Below are positions 23,601 to 38,600 of a DNA stretch of 41,475 bases, one piece after another. The DNA is from Rhizaria sp. SCN 62-66 (lineage: Eukaryota). The DNA lies in assembly GCA_001724265.1 (NCBI GenBank), contig MEDY01000276.1, positions 1 through 41,475 of the forward strand, in the 5' to 3' direction. The first letter of the stretch is position 1. Each line of letters opens with the position of its first letter. The notes beneath the pieces are model-generated. The model searched no databases, was not told the origin of the DNA, and saw only the letters and a program-made list of their open reading frames with translations. Both the position numbers and the translations under genes were made by a program.

Positions 23601-26600
23601 CACACAGTTGCCGATGCAGTTGTGCTTAACAAGGCATCGACGCAACTTTCGTCAGCGACATCTCTTCTAACATCGTCTGTAGGACGTTTCTCAGAAAACG
23701 TCAGACACATGGAAACTTCTCTCACTCTTTCTGTGCCACACCCCGCGTTGGCCACTCTCGTGGACTGCTCTCGGTTCGTGTCGATCCTCACTTCGGCGTA
23801 TGCTACTGTGACTTTTACGCCCGCGACTCACCTGTCACCTGCAAAGAGTCCTGTTGACCGAGTGACACACCAAGCCAAGCTTTTGTTTCACGCCCCGGGT
23901 CTGGCTCCTGCTGGGATCGACATCGCGGTCCTGAAGGCACTTTTTGCACGTCTTCAGGCATATACACTTTCGTTTCCGGCCACAACCGCGGCTATATTGC
24001 TTGGTGCAAATGACACTGGTCGCGCCGCCGATGAAAGTAAACGCATAGTCCCAAGCTTAAGCGCATTGCTGCAGTACGGACGAAAGGGCCTGCGTGCCGA
24101 TCCATTGCCGTCTGCGCCTGCTATGCAACTCACATTTGAGCAGGCTCTCACTTTGGGTGCGACGTTTATCGCTGATGCCGATCAGCTTAATACCACACTC
24201 ACCCGGTTGATTGCCCGCGGTGCTGCACCTACATGGGCACTGTCGCTTTTTCAGTCGCACTCGATGTCTGCAGTGGAGCTCCTCCGCGCGAGTCCACTTT
24301 CATGTGTGACAGGCTCGCTGAGTTCCGCTAAGGCTGATGCGGGCGCCACGACAGTGCGGTTTGCTGCTGATGTTCTGTCACTGCCACCTGTTCTGCACTC
24401 TGTTTCAGCCGCGTCTGCGTTGTGGTCTATCGCATGGCGCCATTGGCGACATGAACCGACCCGCGGCTGGGCACTTACGGTGTCCCCAACCGAGGCTGCG
24501 ACCGTCGCACTCGCTGTGTTAAAAGCAGTCCAGGCTATCAAGTCGGGGTCGACGCCGGATATCAAGTCTGTTACCGATGCTACATGGCGTCTTTTATGGT
24601 CGCATTTGTCATCAGTGTCAGCTTCCTTGACTGGCCTTGTGGCGGCAGACCAGTCCATTGCAAAGCAAAGTGCGCAGCCAATTGCGTTGTCGCAGCGCTT
24701 TGAGGCTGCCGCAGCCCGCGTCTTGTTGGACGTAGCTGGCTTGACTGTGATGCTAAAGTCTGCAGCAACGCGCCAGATCGGCGACACAAGTACGCTTATC
24801 GACGCGTTCTGGGAGGAGCTCATGCGCACATCGTTTCCATCCGTGCCTGCGCTTGCGTTGGTGGATCCCACTACGACCACGACAGAAGACGTCGGTAATG
24901 ACGGCGCACAGTGGCGGCGTGCTCGCAGGCAATGGGAGAGCGTGCAGCGAGATGCTGGTGGTGCTCTCTCTCTCGACGCACCTGACGACCTCCGCGTTGC
25001 GGCACCCACCGTTGTTCCTGTCCCGGCGCCTGCTTCCACTGCTGTAACTGCACCCACTGTTACATTCACCACGATTGACTGCTCCGCGGCTGCCGATGAT
25101 GAGGCCCCTTGTTCTCAAGCTTTAGTTGCGCTTCGCTGGTCGGTTGCCAAGCTTGGTCGTCTGCCGCTTCCACTTGAGTTGCTTGATCTTTCTGCCTTTT
25201 CGAGTCGTGATGGTATTGCTCTTGACTGTAGTAATGACGACATTGATCATGCCACGGCAGCGTTTGCGGCGCTTTTTACTCCGACACCACGTGTTTCTGC
25301 GCACATTGTTGTGAAGCTTCCGCACATTCTCACTGATGCATCTCATGCACAGTCCAGTATGCCATATTTAACAATCTTTCTCCAAGCGTTGATAAGCCGT
25401 GCACGGGCGTCCTCATCACCGCTGATGATCGCCCTTGTCGCTCCATCAGCAGCAGCCACTGCGGCAGCAAACTTGCACGTGAACGCAGCGATTGATGGTG
25501 TGGCTGGAGCCCGACTGCGAAGCCTTTTGCCTTCAGCACTTCCTTTACTGGATGACCCTACAGCGTTCCTCGATCGATTCACACCATGCCCCGTCCTCAC
25601 AGCTTCTTCGCAACAAGGCAACGTTGGTGCCGATTCATCGTCTCCTGCTGCTATGAGCAGTGAATCGTCGACGACGCAGTCGCGCACGCGGGTTGTTGGA
25701 AGTGTGCGGACACGTGTTCGCCGTGTTGCAGTCAAGTCGAAAGCACTACCTCTGAAGTCCACTGCGGCTGCCTTAGTCCCTCCAGCTGCGGCTGAATCTG
25801 TCGAGAACGTGCCCGAGAACACGAGCGCCATTGAGCCTGTGGTTGATGCGCCAGTAACAGAGAATCAGGCGTGGGGCCTTGCGCTTGGGCTCGACAAGTC
25901 AATGCTTTTGCACACCTCCTCAACAACGTTAACAACTACTTTGCCGACTCACTCACCTGTCGCCGTACCGACTGCTTCCGCAATAAAGCCAGCTATCACG
26001 CCCCGTCCCCGCCCACGCGGGCGCGCTAAGGTGCGTGCTGTTGCGACTGCTGCGTCCACGCCCGCTGCCGCAATGGAGGAGAGCGAGGAGGAAGAGGACG
26101 GTTCAGCGGGAGCGCTTGCGCGAGTTGTGCCCAAGACACTGATACAGCAGATCGGTCCTAGTACGACGGCCGCGCCGACTGCGACTGCGTCGGCACATGC
26201 AACGGCGTTCTGTCCGCTTAGCCCCTCAGTTCCAGCTCGTCTTCTTGCGCCCGCAGATGCAGAGAGTGACGGGTTTACGCTTAGTGGCTCTGGCCCGACA
26301 GACAAATCGGCCAAAGCCGATACCGCCGCGGATGTGGATGGCGATAGTGAGTCAGATAGTGACGATGATAACGCAGTGGACTTGCGCCCGCGTTTGGGCC
26401 TGCTTACGGTTGCCCATTCACCGCAGGCTATGATCGCATCAGGGACGTGCGCACGTTCGTGGCTGCGAATGACGCACCCGACAATGTCTCTTTCGACTGC
26501 TTTATCGACTGGAGCTATCCAAACTTGTTCTCTGTCGGGCGCGGTTAATGGCACAACAACAGCCATGTTAAACAGTTGCACAGCCGTTGCATCCAACGAA

Positions 26601-29600
26601 TATGGTGCTGCTGACCCCGAGGTTGTCTTGCGCGGTGGTCGTTTGTTTGTTGCTTTTGTAGATGGATCTTACGTCGACTCTATGTTGCTTGCAACTTTAT
26701 TGCGCAGCCCTTTGAGCCCATTGACACTGCCCACGTGCCCACTGCAGCCGAACGACACACTGCTTATTGTGCGGACGGGACCTACTACGGCTGATGAAAA
26801 CATGCTCTTCACACGCCTGAGTTTGGCTGGGTTTGCTGTGTTGACTGCGCAAGGCGTGTCCACGGGTAGTCATAATCTTGAAGCCTCACTCAACGCTCGC
26901 GCGTTTGCATCCGATACTGCGTCTATCCTAGCTCTTGCGTTGTCTGCTCATTTACCAGCTGACCCGCCTTATAGCTCTCAAGCTCTGAATCATGTTGCGA
27001 CCTCTGCTGCAGCTGTTGCCGAATGGCTGGCATCTGGTTGCAGTTCTATTTCGCTGCCTATGATTACTCTGTTTTTGTGGCTACACCCGGCGGTCACCTC
27101 ATCTGTGCTTGGTCAGATGCAATATGTCTCCGGAGCCAGGACACCTGGCAAGACATTGCGGACGTTGCCCACGATCCCGACTTTAGAGGCGCTTACTGAG
27201 TCACAAGAGAGTGAGGCGCCTGTCAGCTCACCAACGACGCTGCGTCGCGGAAGTGTACGGTCTCAGTCAACCATGCCTCCGAAGCACATTGTTGTTGCAG
27301 CTGCGGCATCGTTAGCGGCAGCGCTGCTGTCTCCAGTTCAAAACGCTTCGTAGGACATTGACAGCTATCATATGCTTCGCGCACTTATCTCTGCAATGAC
27401 ACTTGCTAAGTCGCGCATCTTAGCGGTCGCGCGAAACATGCTTGTTTTGTCACCACGTTTGCCACACATTGAGGCTGACGCGATTTTGGTTGCTTCGGCA
27501 CTTGCTGCCGTGCAATCGGTATCAGTGACTGCGTTTACGGGGAGCTACTTTGCGTCACACGCCGAGCTGCTACCCTTAGAGCTCTATCCCAACGTTGCCC
27601 CGTCCTTGGTTTCTCTTCCGCCACTCAGTCTATCAGATGCCCCCCGCAGCCACAATGCAGCGTGGGCATCTACCTCCGTTGCTAACATGCAATGGCTTTC
27701 CGCGCCGGCGCTACGCCATCCGTTCCTGCAGCACGATCGCCTGCTACTCAGGATTACGCTTGCATACGCTTCACTCTTTCCCGTCGAAGTGCCACACACC
27801 GGAGGCCGCGCAAAGAAGGCACCGCGGCACGATATCCCTGCTTCTCTGGCTCGCGCACTTGCACCCACAACCATAGCAGCCGCCACCACAAAGGGCCTCG
27901 CCACGGTGGCGGCTGCTGCAGCAGGTGCGCTAGCCGGTGGCTCGCGCGCGTCTCTTGCTCACCTCGCCGCGTTTGCCGTTGCAGTCTATTCTCTCGCGGC
28001 CACTGGCTCAGAGGACGGCACTGTCGCGAATCCGCTTATCAATATCAGTTCAGTGCCCCACGCAGTGCTACAGTGCTGGATCCGTTTACGTACACTCTGC
28101 TTCGGTCAAGGCCTTTTGCTGACTCCGGCCATTGCTGCTGTCTGCCACTCAGTGCTCTCCCAAGCAGCTGCTGGCGTTACCGTGATTGTTCTGTCACCAT
28201 CAAGTGCAACGCATGCTAACAGTGTGTATGCCAATGACCTCATGGCGATTGGCCGTGTTCTCGGGAAACTCCTTTCTCCCCATCCTCGTACCCTTACTCT
28301 GCCTGCAGCCCTGTCCGAGTCCTCAGAAGCCACCAAGGCTGTTCGTGTTGTGAGCGCCTTTTTGTCGAAGACTCTAGCGACTGCGCCCCATGGGCAGAAT
28401 AGCACTGTGCCTGCTAGTTCGGCGACTGAGCATGATACCTCGATCAAGCAAGTGCTCACACTCTCCGCTGTTCCCCACAGCTGGGTTACAAGTGACGAAG
28501 AGTCGCATTCACCTATCACGAAGCTGCTTTCTGGCCTCCTTGCCCCTGTTCCCCCGACTGTCGCACCGAGTCCGACATGCGTGTTTGGCGAGGCGAGTGC
28601 AGGAGTGATCATGCCTGCTCAAACGCTGCTTTTGATTGTGACGGCGCCTGCCGCTTACGGTAGCACGCCATTGCCGTGCTCTAGCTCTTCAATGCCAACT
28701 CCACAAACCACATCATATGATACAACATTGACATCGGCCTCAGTTGCTACTATGGTTGCTGACCTCTCCATGACCTTTGCGTGCCACATGTTTGGTACTG
28801 CAACACTTGCAGAGATTCCACTGGTATTTGCCCCAGCAGTGGTGAAAGCTGGTCCTGACCAGCCTCAAGTGAGCTTCGACTGTACGCTCGCAGGCATTGC
28901 TGCAGCTATTTCAGCATCATCGTCAGTGGCTGCTGGGGGGACACCACTCTTGGATTTAGCCCACTTTCTTCTCTCTTCTTGGGTTGTTGCATGTGGTGTC
29001 ACTCTAATTCAGACTCTTGTCAACTTGACACCGTTCATTACAGCCAATTGCAAGAACACCCACCCCGCTCAGACTTCGCAAATTTTTAGCCTGACCGTCG
29101 CATCGGCGCGGGCATTTACGAATGCTCTCACTTGGTCACAGTCGCAATCGCCTCATTCAGCCGCGCTTACGGCGCTTGCATTTGCACTTGAGGCGATGAC
29201 TGTGACTCTTTCAACTCAGGTTGTCGCTGCTCGCCCCGGCCATATTGCAAATACGCATTCTCTCGTTACTGCTGCTGTAAAGGTAGCCGCAACATCTGCC
29301 GCTCATGCCTGGAGCCCCACATCAGTTGACACTTCCTGTGCTATTAAGAAGGTGGGCAAGGTGTCCAAGGCTAGTGTCGTAGCTGCATCCCCTGTGGGAT
29401 CGTCGCATACGCTGAAGACAGGCTCTGCATCTACACTTGGAACTCCGTTAAGTCCGCACCTGCTTTCGCCACGTGCAGTTGGCTCACAAACATCACCAAC
29501 GTCTTCATGTTCAGAGCTTCTTGCGAGTGCCTCAGCGAGCGCGTGCCGTTTGCTGCGGCCTGCGTTGCTTGCTGTTTGCGCAGACGCCGGTGTCGGTGAT

Positions 29601-32600
29601 CTGACGAGCTTCTTCAAAAGCGCTGTGGCAGGGTTACGCCGCCGGTCTCTTTGGAAGAATGCGCGCACATCATGGCACGCGTCGTTAAATCGCAACGCGC
29701 GTGGCCCGTCTTTATCTGACGCAAATGCGACGAGTGAGACAGATGACTCTTCTGAGTCGGAGGATGACACGCGTACCTGTGACCAATTCAGACGAATCAG
29801 CTCACAGGAGGCAACTGCGTGGCTTCACCTCGTTCATGCCTGTCCGTGGCTCTACACCGGTAGCAGCACTACCGCTGCTCTAAGCGGGCCAGCGGCGACA
29901 CACACCACGCATGTGGCTCAAAGTAACGTCTGGTCCGTCGATCTTACGCAGTTCCCCCGCGATGTGGCGGTCTCAGCCGTCCAGCGCATTGTGCGCCTTG
30001 TTAACGACACATCTGACGTAATGCCAGAGACTCAAGATCCCCATCAACTCACACTTTGGCTCGCCGCTGCTTCCAACGATCGCGAACGGTGTACTCTTCC
30101 TGTGACTGCCCACGAGGCAAGGGACGCAATGAAGCATGTTGTGTTGACCCGTCCTCTGCCGCTGACTCCTGTATTGACAGATCGTCCCCTTCCAGCTCCC
30201 GGCTCAGCGGATGGACAAGTCTTGTCGCCACCTCAGCTGTTGGCGCCACCTCTGTTTGCATCACGTGCTTCTGGCGCACAGCGTGCTACTGATTCCCGAC
30301 CGACGGTTCATGCGCGTGACTTAGGCATTACTGTTCTCATTGTGCACGTTCAGCCCCTTGCAGTCGCCGATGCCATCGTGCCTATCAGCGCCAACATGCC
30401 GGTTGTTGTGCTTCCCAAACCACTCTTCCCAGCAGACTTTACTGCCCATGCAACGACGCAGGCGCTTCAACTCGCGCGTGGGGCTTTGATTGCAGGTGCT
30501 CGTGTTCAGAGTGAAGCTCCATACGTCAGAGCTCGTGCGTCACATGACGCCCATGACGTCCCGCCTGTAGTTACCATTCCTATCACATTTGCAACATCAT
30601 CCCAGGACTATTACGGAACTGTTCCATCCTTTGTTGGCTCGAATGAAAACGGGAGATCTGCGTTGAAGCCTTCTGCTCGGTTTGTTTCAACTTCATTGCA
30701 CGGAGTTCTGGTGAATTTCTCAGCGCGCGCTGTGCAGTCAAATTTGGTGAACCATGATGCCCAGAAATCAAATCACGTGACTGGTAGCCGATCAAGTGTG
30801 GTAACGAGTGACGACGATCTCCACTCGCACACACCCAACGCAGTGTTTAAGAAGTCATCTCAACATTGGATGACAGGTCTTATCGCTCCACACGCACGTG
30901 ACCCTTTTGCGCGTTACTTTCTGCATCCTCCAATGTCACACGCAGATCTAGCGAGCGCAATCGTTACAGCGCGTGCAAGTGCACGTGTCCAGGAGCCGTT
31001 GATGTTCTGGACAACTACCGTCTATGGGAGTAGTAGCGTGCACGCTGATGTTTCACCTTCAGATGTTGCTGTTGGTTTGTCGGCGAAGCTATACACGAAC
31101 GTATCACAGCATACGACAGCTACTGTTGCAACATCGACGATCACTGCGACCACAGCAGTGCCTCCACGCAGTGCGTGGGCGCAATCTCCTGGTGTAACTG
31201 TGTTTGCACTGACTGCACTCCAAAAGCGCGAGGATGTGTCCTTCATTATGGGTGGTGTCAAATCGAACTCTGTATCTCCTGCACGTCACTGGCTAGTCGC
31301 GCTATGCACAGCTGAAGATGTTGACGTCGGCCGAGTTGAATATCTTTTAGATCAGTTCAAGACTGGAGATGCAATGAGCAAGACCACGTTGGCTGTTGTT
31401 GTGATGTCTTCCACGTGCCCCAGCGTGTTCGCTGACTCCGCCCACTACATTGATACACTGCTGCCTCGGACTAGTGCGAATAGCTCTCTTCTTGACTGGA
31501 CTACTGCTACAACGGTTCCTCCGTCTATTGCATTGTCTTCTGACTGGACTATGGGCAGGTTGACTCTTCGATCAGCTACTGATGCAGTTTCTGCTGGCCA
31601 GTGTGATGCTTAGACTGCCGCGTTTGCGAGTATCGTCATGTGTTGCAACACCATTCTGAGCAGCACCTACTCAACTCTCTGTCTGCGTGCTGTTGTCCTC
31701 GCTCTCGTTCGCAGACTCGTGCTACAACGCTGTGGCAACGCGAGGTCTCTTGCCCACATGATGTCTCTTGTACCACCGGCAAACGCACACCCGATTGCGG
31801 CATCGGTTGCCGCTGCTGCCACAGTGCCCGCTGCTGCTTTAGCCGCGGCTATTGGCATGGGTAAGGGTGGATCTGCGCCGCTTGTCGATCGAGTATCTGC
31901 GTTTATTGGAACGTGGTTGTTCCGCACACTAACTTGGGTGCTGTCATACTTGCCTATCCATCTCCGCCGCCGCACTATCAACGCCGCCCTCGTCAACCGG
32001 AACTCAGGCATAACCGCATTTGTCGACAACTCCCCGTTCTCCGGGGTTGGGGCGTCGTATCTTGACGCATTCGACCGGAGCATGTCCGCTCAGCCGTCTA
32101 GGAGGCGATCACAGTCAGGAAATGCAGGCTCAGCTGCCGCCGCGGAGTGGCAATGTATTGTGGTGCTTTTGCACAGCTTTGCTGCTACTGAGCTACGCCC
32201 TCTTCGAGTGCCACAACCGACGCTGCTTGCACCATTGTCTGCTCCAACCAGTCGCACAGCGATTGCCAGCGCATCCCGGACTGCACAAAGCTCCCAGCGC
32301 CGCTCAGGCTACCCCAACGATATGCGCGGTATGCTGAACGTGGTTGCCAGTCAGGGAGCGCTCGATGGACAGGGCATGTCTGTTGCACTGCTGATGACTG
32401 CAGAGGCCGAGCGGGTCGGTCGTGCGACCAGGACTTGCGGGAACGTGTATAGTGCCCTTGTCCACGGTCACTTAGCGTCTGTGAGCCATCTTTGCTCCAC
32501 ACTTCATAACGCTGCAGGGCGTCCGATGGTTGAAACTGCGAGTGGCAATGGAGCTAGCAGTGTTCTGAAGGTCGTTCCAACCCCTGCTGTTTCGCAAAAA

Positions 32601-35600
32601 AAGAAACGGAAGGTGTTCTCTGCCGTACCAGAGGCAGAAACGCCGGATCCGACACTGTCAGCAAACGCCGAGCTGCAAGGCAATGTGAGCGACGTTTCCT
32701 CGGTTTGCACACATTCTCGTTGGGCTCTTGCTGCGGCTACAGCTAATGCGTGCAATGTTTCGTGGCCTTTCTTGTTTGACCTTTTGCTTTTGCCGACGCC
32801 TTTGAGTACTATGCCGATCAACCGCCCCGGCACTCATGTGTTCGCTGACGCTGGTGATCCCTTGCGAGGGCACTCGCTATCTGCTGTTCTGAGTAGTATG
32901 AGTGCCGCTGCAGCCACGCTGTCGCTGCTGCATCACACAGCTAATGGGCATCCTGCGGGCCCAGCCGCTGTGTCGGCTGCGACTTCAGCAGTTCCGTTGC
33001 AGCCGTTGCGCGTCGCAGTTGTACGTGGTAGCCCTCAACTTCAACGCGCAGTTGTTGCAACGGCTCTGTCTACCGGCCCTGCTGTTGCCGCGTACCTCCG
33101 GACAATTGCTTTTGCAAAGAAGGTTCTGACATCCAACGGTAGCTTTGCGACTTGTCGCGTTTCGGCCAACCCGAAACAGGATGCGAGTACCAGTGGCAGT
33201 GACAGTGACGGTATGTGGAGTGAAGGCGACACGGACACCGATGCTCCCAAACCATCCGACAATAGTAATGCCATGAGCGACTCTGCTTTGAGCAAGCTGT
33301 GCAGTGCAGTCGCTTTCGGTGATTACTCCGTCTTAGATGCTGCGACGTTGAGTCAAGCTGCAGACGAAGCAAACAAAATATGCATGCGACCAGTTGAGAC
33401 TGTTCACGATGATCTTGTCGATGCACCATCTCTTACGCCTGTGCCGTACTCATACCTGCTGACAGTTGCTACACATCCGCGTACACGTGCGTTGTCGGCT
33501 GCAGCGCTTGCGTTGTGTCATGCGCTTTCAGATGAGGCTCTTGAGGAGCTTGCTGTGACGCTCCTAGGCCGTCTTGACGGTGTGCTGTGGGTGGTACCTC
33601 GCGAGACACTGGGCGCGGAACTAGGCCTTGCGCCGACATACAGTAACCGCGAAGGACCTCGGGTAGGAGGCAACGCACAGCTGCTCTATGATGCCGAGTT
33701 TCCGTCACTTGCATCATTGCTCACGATTACAATCGAGATTGGTCTGAGTGATGCATTATCTCGCCCTGCGGCTGCTGTTACAGCTGTAATGACTGCCATT
33801 GGCACTATGCACGCTACATCAATGCAATCCTTGTTAGAACGCCGGAGAAATTTCGGCGCTGAATCAGTCGCATTCATCAATCCTCCCGTATTCGCAGAGA
33901 CCCACATGTTCTCAATTGGTACGGTTCTTGCAGAGATTATTGCGAAGACTGGCTCCGCCGAGGAATCCGATGCGGCACTTGTCATGCTCCATAATGCTGC
34001 ATATTTGGCTCCGACAGGTTTCAGTCTTACTTCGAACTCACGCGGTCATATTCTGAGCGCTGCTCTCAGCTCGTCATTTGCATCGATGCGTGCTTGTGCA
34101 ACTGCTATTGCAGCAACACATACCGTGCTATTGCTCAGGTCGTACGCGAACGCCGACTTGATTCGCGGCCCAACGTCGGTGCCCGAAGTTTCGGTACGCA
34201 CTCCTGAGGAGGAGGATGCTCTGACTGCAGCGGAGGCAGTGCTACTGTCTGGGTCGTGGGTGTTTGCGTGCAAACGGCGCGCTCGTGCAGTCGCCCTCGT
34301 TCTATCGTCTGTCGACCCTCTTCTTTGCTTTGTTCCTGAGATAGGACATTCGGGTGAGGAGTGCAAGGACGATGATGTTTCGGCGTTTGCCGCATTAGCG
34401 AGCGTGTCACCTCCACAGACTATGCACTTGCCAAGCCAAGTTGGTGACATCAAGATTGGCACTATCGGCTTGAGTCTTAACTCGCCAACTGCAGAGATGC
34501 TTTTGGAGCAGTACCCATTAGTGAAGAACACCAGCTCATCGTCACTGTCAACCGCCGATGTATCCCGTTCTTCGAGCCTTTCATCGTCACTATCTCCAAT
34601 TATGCCCATTGATAACGTTGCAAAACCGGTAAAGCTGACCGGTCTTGCTGCATTGCAACACAAACTTCGCACATCATCGACAACAAAGGCCGCTACAGCT
34701 GCGGCCTTGAACGCCGCGAACGTTGTCGCAACTGCCGCAGCTAAGGTTGCAGTTGTTGGTAAGGATGTCATCAGCAAGATTGCTGCGAAGGGAACAGCTC
34801 GTAGTAGCACAACTGCTCCCGTCTTTATTCCAGGGAGCTTGGATCACCAGACTTCAGTGACGAGTGCAACAGTGACGAGTGCAAATGGTGATGGTTTGGT
34901 CATTGGCACCTCTGTTGCCAAGACAGCAAAAAACAACGGCGCGTGGGTTGGCATGTTCTTGACGGCAGCACTCACTCAGGTTCTATCGGTTACAGGTCAT
35001 TGTACGCATGGACAAATCCACCGTGGTTTCACCTGTAGTCGATGTGATATGCTCAAAGACAATATGAAGATTGAATCAGCGTCTGATATCGCGTACTGGA
35101 TGTGCATTGCTTCATCCTCCCTTTCGGACTATCACACTCCACCAATGCACGAGGATGGTGCTACAGAACAGACCATTATGTCTTTCATGGATAGCGCGCA
35201 TGGCGACCTTAATGATGAGGACAGCTATGTTTCTTTGCTACGCTTCTCTGCGATCTTAACGCAGCCTGATGGTCCGGCTCTCTCAGCTGCAATCGAGTCG
35301 TTCTTAACACTCCTTTCGCCTAGTTCAACATCTTCTGCTCGTTTCACCGCGCTAGTCCCATCACTTCTTACGCGGGCACCTTTAGTTGCTGCAGTGTGCC
35401 CACGTCTATTTCATGCTGGCTCCACACCGCTGACTCGCCTCCTTGTGCGCAAGTGCTTGTTGCCGTGGCTCTCGCCCGCAGGACTTGCTGCAAGTCCCAC
35501 CGCTGGTGGACGACTAGACTTCTCAACGATTATGCGTGCTGCAGCGCAGGCTGTGGGTCGCGCGGCGAAACTGCAGCCACACGAGGTTGGGCTTCGCAAG

Positions 35601-38600
35601 TACTCTGCCGGTGACGGAATGGATGACTCTGACGATAATGATGACGGAGACGGAGATGCTGAAGGTATGGCTGATCGTGACACTGGTCACACAACGCGCG
35701 TCCGCGCAAGTGACATGTTCTTCACGACGGAAGAAATTAGCAACCGTCCTCGACGTAAGCGTTCCGTTCGTGCAACTGATGAGCATTCGATGAATGTCGG
35801 TTCTGCGATTGACCAAGCAGAAGACTCATCTCTGACTGACGTTGCTTCTCGCGGAGTCTCGCGCCAAGACTTTAAGATTGCGCCGTTGATTTTCAACAAC
35901 CTGACACCTTCGCAACCCCATGGTAAAATGTTAACGAGTGACTATACCCATGGACGTCGTGTCACTGTACTTGCTCCAAAGGCTGCTAGTAACGCCATCA
36001 CAGAGTTACTCCACACAGATACAACTTCCGACGAGAGCGGTGCGTTTGAATCTGCGGTTGCAGCTGCTAGTGCTGCTGCTGACGCTGTTGGTCCTGATAG
36101 TGTTGCCGCTGCCAATGCCCTGCGTCTTTGGCTTGCCGAGGACGATGACGAGGACGAGCTCCTGACTGAGCGACCACGCCCTTGCGACAGCTCTGAGTCT
36201 TCGTCACTGACTATGAACGCGTCAACCACTTCACAACCCGATGCGTATCAGGCGCTGAGCGAAAGCGCCGAGCTGGCAGTTAGCCAATCGAGCTCTCGGC
36301 TGCGGAATCGTGGTGGTCGTTGGGGAGGAGTGTTCTCACCAACAGTGACGTTGACGTCATCGACTTCTGCAAGTGCCGCCACTGCGGCGACGCACGGCAT
36401 TCTATCACCCACACATGATCGCAGTGAGAGTGGAGATGGTGTACAACATGATGCTATTGCCATGTCTGTACCGCAAATTTCCCGGACCAGCCACGTCGTG
36501 AACGCCGCCACGAATTCTCTCTGGGGTGATGATGGTGATGATGACGGTTATTTAAACGATGCGCTTGGATACCTCTCGATTAAGGTTTCAACGCTTACAA
36601 GCAATGCAACATCACCCAATATCATTGCGAAGGGTGCGCCTATTGTCATTGAATACTTTGATCCATCAAGAGACACACCCGCAGGCCGCGGCCGTTCTGT
36701 TGCTGCTGCGCCAGCTGGAGCTTCTTTAGGTGTAATGTCTGACGCAGCGTTCCTTGCTGCGGGGGCTGCGTCCACACCAGTTGGCGGAATGGATTCTGGC
36801 AAAACTTCTACACGCGGGCTTGCATTCCCCACGTTTACCCCGGTATCGTCGGCATCTCTAGCGCTGTCTCCTATCGAAAAGACTTCGGTACAATCTCCAC
36901 CTGAGGATGCCACTGAGGCCGCGGTCGCTGCTACAACCCTTACGAAAGCACTGTTCTTTGATCTCTCCGCAGCGACTTACTCCGTCTTCTCCCATTCTGC
37001 GGAGTCAGGTTCTCTTACTATTGACACGATGATCAGGAACACTACTGCAGCGCGCAGGTCATATGATATTCTCAGTGGAGCGTTTGTGACGGCATATTCC
37101 AGCGTGTTCTTGAAACAACTTGCGCTGTGCCGTTCGGAGCCTCCTGTGCAAGACCGACACAACACACATTTGGGATCTACTTCTACTGTTGTGCAACCGC
37201 GTTACAACACGTCGACCGTTGCGGATTGGGTTGCGCTGCTTACTCGTGCTGCGTCAGAACTCATTGCGCATCATGCTTATTTAGCCACAAGTACCTCTGT
37301 TCTGACAATGACACTGACGGCACTCGCATGCGTCGGCGGCCGCGCCTCCCTCTGCGCCGCGCAGCCCCGTGCACCTCGCACTGCTGTTAACGCAGTTGGT
37401 CCGCTTCTTGCGCTAGCGCTTGGCCGTGCACTTGCAGACGCCGCGTCTCAAGTCGGCCTTCCTCACTCGCCTCTCACACTCCGCGCCACACAAGACGTGT
37501 CTGCTGAACCCAGACCACTTGATTTCATTATGCTGCCTGCATGGGACAACATGTTCTTTGCGTCGGCCGTTGATGCATTGCTATCTGAGCCTGCAGATGG
37601 AGACTTGCCATGGACACCTCTTAAACCTGTTGCATTTGCACGTGATATCTCAGAACCCGCCATCAATAATGATGGTGGAGTTGACGAGCGTGATATTATG
37701 GATCTATCATTCGTGCCTGCTCCAGGTGAGGGCCAAGTTATGGCATCGCGTCGCAATGCCTCCTTTGACATCGCGATCAAGACAGTGGAAGCGACTTCTT
37801 CTCAAGATGCAGCATGGAGAGCTACCGCGACGGCAACATCTGTTTCTGCGCCACCTGAGCTCTTGCGCTTTCTTGCGCGTTTAAGTCAGCGCTTTGGCCC
37901 GCGCGGGTGCGCTGGTATTCTGCAGTCGTCGGCATTCGCGCGGATCTTGCCGCGCACTGCTGCAGTCCCGACCTCAACCGCAATCGCTACAGCATTTACA
38001 ACCCTTTCTGCAAATCAGCTGTCCGTTAGCAGTAGCGTACGATCTGCACCGTCCGCGTATGCCGCTTCTGTGGAGGCGGTGATGAACCTTGTGCCTCTTT
38101 CTGTCATTGCCCCGCCAGTTATCAGCGCTGCGTCTGCCGCACCCACGCTGGAGTTGGAGCTCCAGTCAGATGCCAATGGCGCAGTCACGTTGCTGCGCTG
38201 TGATCCTACCGCTGTCTGTGACCCTGCAGCAAGCGCGTCGGCATGGGCGCTTGCGCTGTCGACAAAACCGACAACTGCGCTCACGTCTGTGGAGTCATCA
38301 GCAGTCACATCATTGATGCGCTCGGCGACATCACCCGCAACTGCTGTGGGCGCCCTTTGGGCGTCGCTGATTTTGGCTCGTGCAGTTCCGGTTGCGTTGC
38401 GCAAATCGTGGCGCTCGTAGTCATTTGTGACCACGATTTCTGCTCGTTCGCGTGCGTTGATTGGCGTTGCCCCGGAGCTCGCGTCACTGTTTGCGACATT
38501 AAGTAACCCTAACGCACTTTCACCACCTAATCTCTGTTATGCCAATAGCTCCCAATCCGCACATGCACAATCGGATTCTACCTTGGCAATCGCCATGATT

